From Candidatus Saccharimonadota bacterium (GTDB taxonomy: Archaea; Nanobdellota; Nanobdellia; Pacearchaeales; GW2011-AR1): a stretch of DNA of 32,000 bases. Shown piece after piece: positions 8,302-15,991 of the stretch. The notes below the pieces were generated by a model. It ran no database searches, was not told where the DNA came from, and saw only the letters and a program-made list of their open reading frames with translations. Every line of letters starts with the position of its first letter. The stretch's first letter is position 1. The translations under genes were made by a program, and so were the position numbers. The stretch covers positions 1 through 32,000 of the forward strand of contig BPGA01000001.1 of NCBI GenBank assembly GCA_026002795.1. Reading direction: 5' to 3'.

Positions 8302-8590
8302 AAAATAAAACCTAAAAATTAATCAAAAAACTAGAAAATTTTAATGAAAATTTTAAATAAAAATAGAGAGGTTTGCTTTTGATAAGTTTGAAGAACTAAA
8401 GCCGTTCAAATTTAATGAAAAAATTTTTAGTGAAAAGATCAGCCTAGTACTGCAGAATTATTAAAAATTTTAAAGAGTTTTTTAGCTATTAACTTTAACT
8501 ATTAACAATACTAGTTTTTTAAAAAAGAGAATCTTTATCAGAACAAATAAAAACATTTAAAAACTTTAAAAAACTTTATTTTATAAGTTG

Positions 8591-8682
8591 GAGGGGCTTA
8601 AGAATTTAGAAAGCAAAGATCTTTGGATCATTTATGCAATTCCTATGTGAATTGCGTGCTTTCTAACTTATGAAGTCCCCTC
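8591..8682. ncRNA. Candidate structured RNA / imperfect long palindrome (unclassified)
   Basis: Locally GC-enriched within a 530-nt AT-rich gap. Outer pairing GAGGGG(8591-8596)/CCCCTC(8677-8682). Perfect 10-bp helix TTAGAAAGCA(8606-8615)/TGCTTTCTAA(8657-8666). Inner 7-bp hairpin GCAATTC-ctatgt-GAATTGC (8636-8655). Weak GATC-tttg-GATC hairpin. Confidence 0.3.
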
Positions 8683-8832
8683 ACTTTCTCCTTTACTCTT
8701 TTAAAAACTTTTTGACTTTTTACTTATTTTTTATTTTGTTTTTCTCTTAATTTATTTAAATTATTTTCAATTTTCATTTAAATAACAAAACATAGTAAAC
8801 AAATTTATAAAAGGTAATTTTGTTAGAGTGTT

Positions 8833-9045
8833 ATGAAAATTACACCAAAAACTCCAATAAACAAAATTATAAAAAGTAAAGAAGAAGCAGTAGAAATTTT
8901 ATTATCTTATGGTCTTCAGTGTGTCGGCTGTCGCTTTTCTGATTCTGATTTGTTGGAAGATATTGTAAAACTTCACGGCCTTTCAGAAGAAGATCTAAAA
9001 AACATAATTAAAGATATTAATTCAGTTATTAATAAAAAGAAGTGA
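8833..9045 (+). CDS. DUF1858-like small redox-disulfide protein (hybrid-cluster-protein-associated type)
   Basis: 70 aa. The pattern ...ILLSYGLQCVGCRFSDSDLLEDIVKLHGLSEEDLKNII matches this family's helix-CxxC-helix layout. Family name is from memory. Confidence 0.65.
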   Translation: MKITPKTPINKIIKSKEEAVEILLSYGLQCVGCRFSDSDLLEDIVKLHGLSEEDLKNIIKDINSVINKKK

Positions 9046-9207
9046 TTTTTAAAAAGCTTAAAATTTATTTAAAAAGTTTAAAATTGATGGTTTTTAATTT
9101 TTTAGAGATAAGCTAAAATTTGTCTTTAAAGATTTTTTTAGGTTTGGTGTTTTTTATTAGAGATTATAAAAGCAAAAATTTTTAAATTAAAGGAATCTTT
9201 TAAAGTC

Positions 9208-9603
9208 ATGGCAGTTCAATTTGTTGATGTTTCATTATTTGTTTTAAGGTTATTTGTAGGAGCAATTTTCTTATTTCACGGACTACCTAAATTTAAAATG
9301 ACAGCTGAAATGGCTGCAGGAATGAAAAAATCAAAAACTTTTGTTGTTTTGTTAGGTTTTGTTGAGATGATTGCAGGATTGGCTCTTATTCTAGGTTTTT
9401 ATACAAAAATTGCAGCTGTTTTGTTAGGTTTGGTAATGATAGGTGCTTTATACCATAAGATTTCTAAATGGAAGGTTCCTTTTTCTACAATGAACGGAAC
9501 AGGATGGGAGTTTGATCTTGTGTTACTAGGCTCAAATTTGGTTTTGGTTGCAATAGGCGGAGGAGCTATTTCTTTAGATGCTTTGCTTGGTATAGCTTTT
9601 TAA
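9208..9603 (+). CDS. DoxX family membrane protein
   Basis: 131 aa with four hydrophobic helices. The N-terminal LRLFVGAIFLFHGLPKF motif is typical of DoxX. Confidence 0.75.
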   Translation: MAVQFVDVSLFVLRLFVGAIFLFHGLPKFKMTAEMAAGMKKSKTFVVLLGFVEMIAGLALILGFYTKIAAVLLGLVMIGALYHKISKWKVPFSTMNGTGWEFDLVLLGSNLVLVAIGGGAISLDALLGIAF

Positions 9604-9714
9604 CAGAATATAAAAAATAAAAATAATTTACTGAATTATACTAAATTTAACAAAATAAAAAGTTAAGTATAATATTAAAAAACTTAAAAAGGTTAAATAA
9701 ATTTGTGTTTAATC

Positions 9715-11118
9715 ATGCAAACAACGAGTTTAAAAATTACTAGAGAGATTTATGATAAACCAGCAGCTGAAAAATTAGCTTTTAAGCCAAAACCAGGGCT
9801 TTCTGAAGAGCTTATAAAATATATCTCTAGAGATAAAGGAGAGCCTGAATGGATGTTAAAGAAAAGGCTTGAAGCATTTAAACTTTTTCAAGAGATGCCA
9901 ATGCCAAATTTTGGTCCTGATCTTTCTGAACTTGATTTTAACAAAATATACTTTTATCTTAAACCAAAAGCAAAGAAAAATTCAAAAAACTGGAAAGAGC
10001 TACCAAAAGAAATAAGGGAAACTTATGAAAAACTTGGAATTCCTAAAGCAGAAAGAGAGGCTCTTGCAGGTGTTGGAGCACAATATGAAAGTGAAGTTGT
10101 TTATCATAAGCTTAAAAAAGAATGGGAAAAACAAGGTGTTATTTTTTTAGATTGTGACGAAGCTCTTAAGCTTTATCCTGAATTATTCAAAAAATACTTT
10201 ATGAGTACATGTATTCAACCTAGTCTTCATAAATTTGCAGCACTTCACGCAGCTGTTTGGTCTGGAGGAACATTTATTTATGTTCCCAAAAATGTAAAAG
10301 TTAAGCAACCATTGCAAGCATACTTTAGAATGAATGCAAAAAGAGCTGGTCAGTTTGAACACACTTTGATTATTGCAGATGAAGGAAGCGAAGTACATTA
10401 TATTGAAGGATGTTCAGCTCCAGTTTATGATGAAAATGCTTTGCATGCAGGATGTGTTGAGATACATGTTTTAAAAGGAGCAAAAGTAAGATATAGTAGT
10501 ATTGAAAATTGGAGTAAAAATACTTATAATTTAAACACCAAACGCGCAATTGTTCATGAGAATGCAGTTATGGATTGGGTTAATGGAAATACTGGAAGTA
10601 AAGTTACAATGCTTTATCCTTGCAGTGTTTTAATTGGCGAAGGTGCAAAAACAAGTTATATTGGAATTGCTTATGCTTCTAGAGGACAAAACCAAGATAC
10701 AGGATGCAAAGTTTATCATCTCGCTCCAAACACAACATCACATATTGTAAGCAAAAGCATTTCAATGAATGGAGGAATTACAAACTATAGAGGTTTAGTT
10801 AAAATAAAAAGAGGTTGTAAAGGAGCTAAATCCAGTGTAAATTGTGAGGGACTCATGCTTGATAATAAAAGTAAAGCTACAACTTTTCCAAGCATGGAAG
10901 TAGAAGAGAACGATGTTGCTGTTTCGCATGAAGCTGCAGTTGGTAAAGTAGGAGAAGAACAAATTTTCTATTTAATGTCTCGCGGATTTTCTGAACAAGA
11001 AGCAACAAAAATTATTGTTTCAGGTTTTATAGAACCTTTAATAAAAGAGCTACCGCTTGAGTATGCAGTTGAGTTGAATAGGCTTCTTGAAATGGAAATT
11101 GAAAATTCTGTTGTTTAG
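9715..11118 (+). CDS. sufB: Fe-S cluster assembly protein SufB
   Basis: The track ORF begins at TTG 9703; the ATG at 9715 (MQTTSLK...) is the more likely start (467 aa). SufB-like along its whole length (FGPDLSELDF, HTLIIADEGSEVHYIEGCSAP, VSHEAAVGKVGEEQIFYLMSRG). Confidence 0.92.
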   Translation: MQTTSLKITREIYDKPAAEKLAFKPKPGLSEELIKYISRDKGEPEWMLKKRLEAFKLFQEMPMPNFGPDLSELDFNKIYFYLKPKAKKNSKNWKELPKEIRETYEKLGIPKAEREALAGVGAQYESEVVYHKLKKEWEKQGVIFLDCDEALKLYPELFKKYFMSTCIQPSLHKFAALHAAVWSGGTFIYVPKNVKVKQPLQAYFRMNAKRAGQFEHTLIIADEGSEVHYIEGCSAPVYDENALHAGCVEIHVLKGAKVRYSSIENWSKNTYNLNTKRAIVHENAVMDWVNGNTGSKVTMLYPCSVLIGEGAKTSYIGIAYASRGQNQDTGCKVYHLAPNTTSHIVSKSISMNGGITNYRGLVKIKRGCKGAKSSVNCEGLMLDNKSKATTFPSMEVEENDVAVSHEAAVGKVGEEQIFYLMSRGFSEQEATKIIVSGFIEPLIKELPLEYAVELNRLLEMEIENSVV

Positions 11119-11194
11119 GAAATTTTAAGAAGTTAATTCAGATTTATGATCAAAAAACCATAACTAATAAAAACACGAATCTCGCTATTTTATT

Positions 11195-12421
11195 ATGAAA
11201 TTAAGTAACAAAACAGTTCACACATTAAAGAAAGATTTTCCTATTTTTAAGAATAATCCAGGGCTAATCTACTTGGATAATGCCGCAACAAGTCAGAAAC
11301 CAAAACAAGTAATAGATGTTTTAAAGAAATTTTATGAAAAAGAGTATGCAAATGTTCATCGCGGTGTGTATAGACTTTCTTCAAATGCAACAGAACTTTA
11401 TCTTAAATCAAAGGAAATTATTGCAGAATTTATTGGCGCAAAACCTGAGGAAATAATTTACACTAGAAATACAACTGAAAGTTTAAACCTACTTTCTTAC
11501 ACATTACCTTCTATAATTAATGCCACTAATAAAAAAAGAGACGAAATTGTTTTGACAGAAATGGAGCATCATTCTAATTTAATACCTTGGCAGCAATTGG
11601 CTAAAAGAGGGGGTTGGAAATTAAAATTCATTAAACTTAAAGGTTATGAGCTTGACATGGAAGATTTTAAAAAGAAAGTAAGCAAAAAAACAGCTGTTGT
11701 AGCTTTATGCCATGTTTCAAATTCATTAGGAACTATAAATCCTGTTCAGGAGATTATAAAAATTGCAAAGGAAAAAGGAGCTTTGACTGTTATTGATGCT
11801 GCACAAAGTGTTCCTCATATGAAAGTTGATGTTTTAAAGGTTGGTGCTGATTTTCTGGCTTTTTCAGGTCATAAAATGATGGCGCCAACGGGAATCGGTG
11901 TTTTGTATGGAAAAAAACAATTACTTGAAAAAATGCAACCATTTATGTTTGGTGGAGAAATGATAAAAAAAGTTACTTTAAATAGTGCAACCTGGGCAGA
12001 TTTACCAGCAAAGTTTGAAGCAGGCACTCCGCATATTGCAGGAGCAATTGGTTTAGGAGAAGCAATTAATTACATTAAAAAAATTGGAATTGAAAATATT
12101 GAAGAGTGGGAGAAAAAATTGCTTGATTATACACTAGAAAAAATTAAAGATATCAAAGGAATTAAAATTTACAATAGTGGAAAAAATAGTTCTGGAATTT
12201 TGTCTTTTAATCTTGAAGGAATACACCCTCATGATGTTGCTAGTTTACTTGATGAGCAAGGAATAGCAATCCGCGCAGGCCACCATTGCAATATGCCTTT
12301 AATGAAAATTTTAGGAGTTCCAGGCACGTGTAGGATAAGTTTTTATCTTTACAACACTTTTGAAGATATTGATGCTTTGATTTCAACTTTAAAAAAAATA
12401 AAAGATAAATTTAAAAAATAA
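11195..12421 (+). CDS. sufS: Cysteine desulfurase SufS (group II)
   Basis: 408 aa. PLP lysine in FSGHKMMAPTGIG; catalytic-Cys loop RAGHHCNMPLM; N-terminal YLDNAATSQKP. Confidence 0.92.
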   Translation: MKLSNKTVHTLKKDFPIFKNNPGLIYLDNAATSQKPKQVIDVLKKFYEKEYANVHRGVYRLSSNATELYLKSKEIIAEFIGAKPEEIIYTRNTTESLNLLSYTLPSIINATNKKRDEIVLTEMEHHSNLIPWQQLAKRGGWKLKFIKLKGYELDMEDFKKKVSKKTAVVALCHVSNSLGTINPVQEIIKIAKEKGALTVIDAAQSVPHMKVDVLKVGADFLAFSGHKMMAPTGIGVLYGKKQLLEKMQPFMFGGEMIKKVTLNSATWADLPAKFEAGTPHIAGAIGLGEAINYIKKIGIENIEEWEKKLLDYTLEKIKDIKGIKIYNSGKNSSGILSFNLEGIHPHDVASLLDEQGIAIRAGHHCNMPLMKILGVPGTCRISFYLYNTFEDIDALISTLKKIKDKFKK

Positions 12422-12432
12422 ATTAAAATGGA
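12417..12432 (+). repeat. Direct repeat copy A (AATAAATTAAAATGGA): sufS stop, spacer and start of the protease ORF
   Basis: Perfect 16-nt identity with 13053-13068. Both copies contain TAA + ATTAAA + ATGGA in the same register. Confidence 0.9.
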
Positions 12433-13057
12433 TAATAGGGTTTGGTTAATTTTAAGACCGCATTACTCACCTTCAGGTGCTCTAGAAAAAGTAGGAATTT
12501 GTGGTAGTGGGTTCTTCATTAATAAAGGCACCTTTGTGACTTCTTATCACATTTTAAATGAATCTTCTTTTATTCCAAATGCTTTTTATTTCAATAAAAA
12601 TATTTTTTTGGTTAATCCAAAAGGGAAAAAAATTGAAATTAATGTTGAGGATGTTTATAAGTTCATCCCAGAATTAGATATAACAATAATAAAAATAGAT
12701 GGTGGAGAGAGATTTTTAATCGAAGAAGATTATAATGAAGGAGACTATGTAAAAAATTTAGGATATCCAGAAAGGTATTCTAAAGAAATATTAGAACCTA
12801 AGGAAATTAGAATAAAAAACCAATTTGAGCAAGAAGGTAAAATTCTAAAAATTTACAATAATTATTCAATGAATGCTAATGACGTAAAAATTTTCAATAA
12901 AGAAGTAATTATCCTTGATTATACTTCTGAATTAGGTTTTAGTGGCGGTCCTTTACTAAAAAATAAAAAAGTTATTGGAGTCATGTCTCACATTTACCCA
13001 CAAAATAAAAATGCTGTTGCAATCTCAATTAAAGAAATAAAAAAACACATTCAATAA
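12428..13057 (+). CDS. Trypsin-like (S1/chymotrypsin-fold) serine peptidase, no signal peptide
   Basis: 209 aa. Ordered His/Asp/Ser triad contexts: GSGFFINKGTFVTSYHIL, LDITIIKID, LGFSGGPLL. It sits between sufS and sufU. Confidence 0.65.
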   Translation: MDNRVWLILRPHYSPSGALEKVGICGSGFFINKGTFVTSYHILNESSFIPNAFYFNKNIFLVNPKGKKIEINVEDVYKFIPELDITIIKIDGGERFLIEEDYNEGDYVKNLGYPERYSKEILEPKEIRIKNQFEQEGKILKIYNNYSMNANDVKIFNKEVIILDYTSELGFSGGPLLKNKKVIGVMSHIYPQNKNAVAISIKEIKKHIQ

Positions 13058-13068
13058 ATTAAAATGGA
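13053..13068 (+). repeat. Direct repeat copy B (AATAAATTAAAATGGA): protease stop, spacer and sufU start
   Basis: Identical to 12417-12432; the offset is 636 bp. Confidence 0.9.
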
Positions 13069-13444
13069 AAAAGGAATTCCTTCAGACATGTACAAAGAAC
13101 ATATACTTGAACTCTATAGAAGTCCAAGTAATTTTGGGATTCTTGAGAAGTCAACGCATGAGGCAACAGAGTACAATTCTGTTTGTGGTGATGAAATTAC
13201 AATTCAAATGATTATTGAAAAAGGAATCATCAAAGATGCAAAGTTTTCCGGCAGTGGATGTGTGATTTCAATTGTCTCTTCATCTTTACTCACCGATAAA
13301 ATTAAAGGAAAAAAAATAGAAGAGATAAAAAATCTTACAAAAAAAGATATTTTAAAATTATTAAAGATAAAAATTACACCAGCAAGAATTAAATGTGCGC
13401 TTTTGCCTTTAGAGGCAGCTAAAAAAGCATTGAAAAATGCTTGA
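13064..13444 (+). CDS. sufU: SufU/IscU-type Fe-S scaffold / sulfur acceptor
   Basis: 126 aa. Motifs LYRSPSNFGIL, VCGDEITIQM, DAKFSGSGCVIS and PARIKCALLPLEA align by eye with Bacillus SufU, though it is shorter. Confidence 0.85.
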   Translation: MEKGIPSDMYKEHILELYRSPSNFGILEKSTHEATEYNSVCGDEITIQMIIEKGIIKDAKFSGSGCVISIVSSSLLTDKIKGKKIEEIKNLTKKDILKLLKIKITPARIKCALLPLEAAKKALKNA

Positions 13445-13454
13445 AATAAAAAAT
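13433..13454 (+). repeat. Direct repeat copy A (AAAAATGCTTGAAATAAAAAAT): sufU 3' end/stop plus a vestigial sufC start
   Basis: Perfect 22-nt identity with 13755-13776. It contains the sufU stop (TGA) and an ATGCTTGAAATAAAAAAT (MLEIKN) that now opens only a 12-codon ORF. Confidence 0.95.
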
Positions 13455-13459
13455 AGAAT

Positions 13460-13756
13460 ATGTCTAAAAAAATAAAAAAAACAATAGATGAAGGAAAAGT
13501 TTATGATTTTTTTACAAATAGAAAAATTGGAAAGGCCCTCTATATTGGGAGAATTTATCATCCAGGATTTTTTGGTGCATATCACACAATAATTCGTAGA
13601 GGTTTAGATGGAAAAATATGTTGTTTTTGTTTTGATAAGTATGTATTAAGAAATAATGAAAGAGTTTACATTCCAAAAAACTCTTTTTTTGAAGTTAAAT
13701 TTACAGAAAGAGAGGAAAGACATTTTAATTGGTTACTTGAAAAACAAGGAATTTAA
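13460..13756 (+). CDS. Hypothetical 98-aa protein inserted between sufU and sufC
   Basis: The ORF fills almost exactly the 300 bp between the 22-bp repeats. No confident domain. It contains KVY-x12-YIG and CCFC. Confidence 0.5.
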   Translation: MSKKIKKTIDEGKVYDFFTNRKIGKALYIGRIYHPGFFGAYHTIIRRGLDGKICCFCFDKYVLRNNERVYIPKNSFFEVKFTEREERHFNWLLEKQGI

Positions 13757-13776
13757 AAATGCTTGAAATAAAAAAT
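13755..13776 (+). repeat. Direct repeat copy B: functional sufC start region
   Basis: Identical 22-mer; here ATGCTTGAAATAAAAAAT is the real sufC start (MLEIKNLYVE...). Confidence 0.95.
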
Positions 13777-14493
13777 CTTTATGTTGAAAGAGAGGGAAAA
13801 GAGATATTAAAAGGAGTTAATTTAAAACTAAAGACTGGAAAAATTTATGCTCTTATGGGTCCAAATGGATCAGGAAAATCAACACTTGCCCATGTTATTA
13901 TAGGTGATCCTAAATATAAAGTTGTCTCAGGAAAAATTTTATTTAAAAAGAAAAATATTTTAAATCTTAAACCAGACGAGAGAGCTAAACTAGGAATCTT
14001 TTTATCTTTTCAGAATCCTGTAGCAATTTCGGGAGTCACAATTTCAAATTTTTTGAGGCAGGCTTACAATAACTTTAATAAGAAAAAAATATCTTTTTTA
14101 GAATTTAAAAGATTGATTGAAAAAAAAGCTAAAGAACTAGAGATTGATACTGATTTTTTATCACGTTACATTAACGAAGGCTTTTCAGGAGGAGAGAAAA
14201 AAAAGACAGAAATTCTTCAACTTCTTGTATTAAATCCAAAAATTGCTATACTTGATGAAACAGATTCAGGTCTTGACATTGATGCTTTAAAAATTGTTGC
14301 AAAAGGAATAAATAAATTTATGTCAAATGATAAAATTATTTTAATAATAACACACTATAAGAGAATTCTTAATTATATAAAACCAGATAAAATCTTTGTG
14401 ATGTTAAATGGTAAGATTGTTGCAGAAGGAAAAAAAGAGGTAATTGAAAAACTTGAAAAAAAAGGATATTCATGGATTAAAAATAAATATTAA
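13759..14493 (+). CDS. sufC: Fe-S cluster assembly ATPase SufC
   Basis: 244 aa. Walker A GPNGSGKST, signature FSGGEKKK, Walker B ILDETDSGLD, H-loop ITHY. Confidence 0.92.
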   Translation: MLEIKNLYVEREGKEILKGVNLKLKTGKIYALMGPNGSGKSTLAHVIIGDPKYKVVSGKILFKKKNILNLKPDERAKLGIFLSFQNPVAISGVTISNFLRQAYNNFNKKKISFLEFKRLIEKKAKELEIDTDFLSRYINEGFSGGEKKKTEILQLLVLNPKIAILDETDSGLDIDALKIVAKGINKFMSNDKIILIITHYKRILNYIKPDKIFVMLNGKIVAEGKKEVIEKLEKKGYSWIKNKY

Positions 14494-14502
14494 AAAATAA
14501 AT

Positions 14503-14721
14503 TTATCTCTTTTGTATCTGTTTTGCAAGCCAAACAATTCCTAAAATAAGAAAGATAACAATAAGTACCCAGATTAAAATCATGAATACCCACATAAAAC
14601 TCAATGAACCCGCCCAATAACCTCCCATCATCCCCCAAGGCATCATTCCTGTGAATCCAGTTAATATGAAAATTACAAGTACAACTACAAGAACAACAAT
14701 CCAAGAATTTTCATTTTTCAT
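14503..14721 (-). CDS. Small Met/Trp/Gly-rich two-TM membrane protein
   Basis: 72 aa containing MMPWGMMGGYWAG between two hydrophobic helices. The C-terminal KQIQKR matches the KQTQKR end of the 15992-16453 product. Preferred over the overlapping frame 14477-14704. Confidence 0.5.
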   Translation of the reverse strand: MKNENSWIVVLVVVLVIFILTGFTGMMPWGMMGGYWAGSLSFMWVFMILIWVLIVIFLILGIVWLAKQIQKR

Positions 14722-14751
14722 TATAAACTAAATTTTTTTAACTTTAAATAT

Positions 14752-14988
14752 TTATTTAAATTTTTTTCCAAGCTTTTCAACCAAAGCTTTTTTGCTTGGA
14801 ACTCCGCTGAAAGCCAGTTTTCCATTAATAATAGTTCCAGGGGCAGTCATCAACTTGTACTTTTTCACAAGCGCTGGCTTTTTTGTGACATCAATTACAG
14901 TATATTTAACGCCGAGCTCATCCAGCATTTTTTCAACTTTTGCGCATCCCGTGCATCCTGGTGTGGTTAAAATCTGAACTCTTACCAT
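14752..14988 (-). CDS. Small thioredoxin/glutaredoxin-fold protein (CTGC active site)
   Basis: 78 aa. The N-terminal beta-strand followed by TTPGCTGCAKV, and the cis-Pro region TAPGTIINGK, fit the archaeal small thioredoxin class. Confidence 0.8.
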   Translation of the reverse strand: MVRVQILTTPGCTGCAKVEKMLDELGVKYTVIDVTKKPALVKKYKLMTAPGTIINGKLAFSGVPSKKALVEKLGKKFK

Positions 14989-15979
14989 TTTTCCATCTTT
15001 TTTTTATTTTAAATTTAGAATAATACCAAATAATTGGTATGACTATTAATGCAATCAAAAGCCACATAGCAGCAGAGTCAGGAATTATATCTCCAACTCC
15101 TTCGTGTTCATGCTCTTCTCCCATTAATTCGGAAGGAAGTCCTGTTGCACTGACAATTTTGTTCCATCCTTTATGAACAATATTTTCTTCATACCACTCA
15201 TGGGCTCCTCCTATTATAAATATTATTGCTCCAAGAATTATTAAAAACCATCCAACTCCTTTTTTAATTTTTTCTTGATGTTTCATAATGGAAGAAGTTG
15301 CATTTACTCCAAGAATGCCGAAAATTGCCAGGAATATCAAAGGAGTGGCTCTTCCTAAGCCATGGACAAAACCCATCCACCAACCAAAAAACACGTTTCC
15401 TTTGATTGCAATATCTCCTAATAAAACATAAAACAAAGGATTCGGACATGCAACTCCTGCATTTCCTAGAAAAAGACCAAGGAAAAATGCTTTACTATAA
15501 TCTTTTCTTTTTTCAATGAATTTTGGCGTTCCCATGTAATGAGGCAGTTCAAATCTCAAAAGCCCTAATTCAGAAAGTCCAAATAAAATTGCAGCTGTAC
15601 CTCCAATCATAAATAAAATTCTGCTAAAAGAGTTTGCTTTTTCTATAGCTTCATCAAGTCCGATTATATTTCCGATGCTAGCAATAAAAATTCCATAAAT
15701 TGAAAGAGTTATTATCAAACCAAAGCTGAAAAGCAAAGCCATTCCCAAACCTTTTTTGTAACCCTTGCCCATTGCCAGAGGAACAATTATTAAAACAAGA
15801 GGAAAAGTGCAAGGCAGTACAATCATTGAAATTCCGGCAAAAAATGAAAATGCAAGGTCAACTGTATTTTTTGACAAACTAAATAAATAAAAAACACTAA
15901 TTATAATTATAACTAAAAGAATTAAACCTAAGAGTGCAAGAAACTTTTTACCAATCTCTTTTTTCATTTCAAAAAACAA
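14933..15979 (-). CDS. ccdA: CcdA/DsbD-family transmembrane thiol:disulfide electron transporter with a C-terminal extension
   Basis: 348 aa and polytopic. Two intramembrane Cys motifs, VLPCTFPLV and GVACPNPLF. An extra His/Glu-rich loop (EEHEHEG) and a final TM helix. The 3' end overlaps the downstream trx start by 56 nt in another frame. Confidence 0.75.
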   Translation of the reverse strand: MFFEMKKEIGKKFLALLGLILLVIIIISVFYLFSLSKNTVDLAFSFFAGISMIVLPCTFPLVLIIVPLAMGKGYKKGLGMALLFSFGLIITLSIYGIFIASIGNIIGLDEAIEKANSFSRILFMIGGTAAILFGLSELGLLRFELPHYMGTPKFIEKRKDYSKAFFLGLFLGNAGVACPNPLFYVLLGDIAIKGNVFFGWWMGFVHGLGRATPLIFLAIFGILGVNATSSIMKHQEKIKKGVGWFLIILGAIIFIIGGAHEWYEENIVHKGWNKIVSATGLPSELMGEEHEHEGVGDIIPDSAAMWLLIALIVIPIIWYYSKFKIKKRWKNGKSSDFNHTRMHGMRKS

Positions 15980-15991
15980 AATTTACTTTAT

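Noticed and set aside
8588-8690. The structured element as an intron-containing tRNA, C/D-box RNA or H/ACA RNA
   Set aside because: Attempted cloverleaf folds fail: there is no 7-bp acceptor, and the T-arm-like hairpin has a 7-bp stem and a 6-nt loop. There are no RUGAUGA/CUGA boxes, the 3' side reads ACT rather than ACA, and there is no obvious pseudouridylation pocket.
7047-8833. Integrated mobile element at the tRNA-Ser gene (tRNA-adjacent block with a PC4-like gene and a long non-coding gap)
   Set aside because: I could not find a duplicated copy of the tRNA 3' end (only a trivial GTCGG match at 8137), and there is no integrase or capsid gene. The idea is not supportable from this window.
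14477-14704. Alternative minus-strand ORF (75 aa, Cys-rich) overlapping 14503-14721
   Set aside because: The competing frame encodes a coherent two-TM, Met-rich protein whose C-terminus is paralogous to that of the 15992-16453 product. The 14477 frame also runs into the sufC 3' end.
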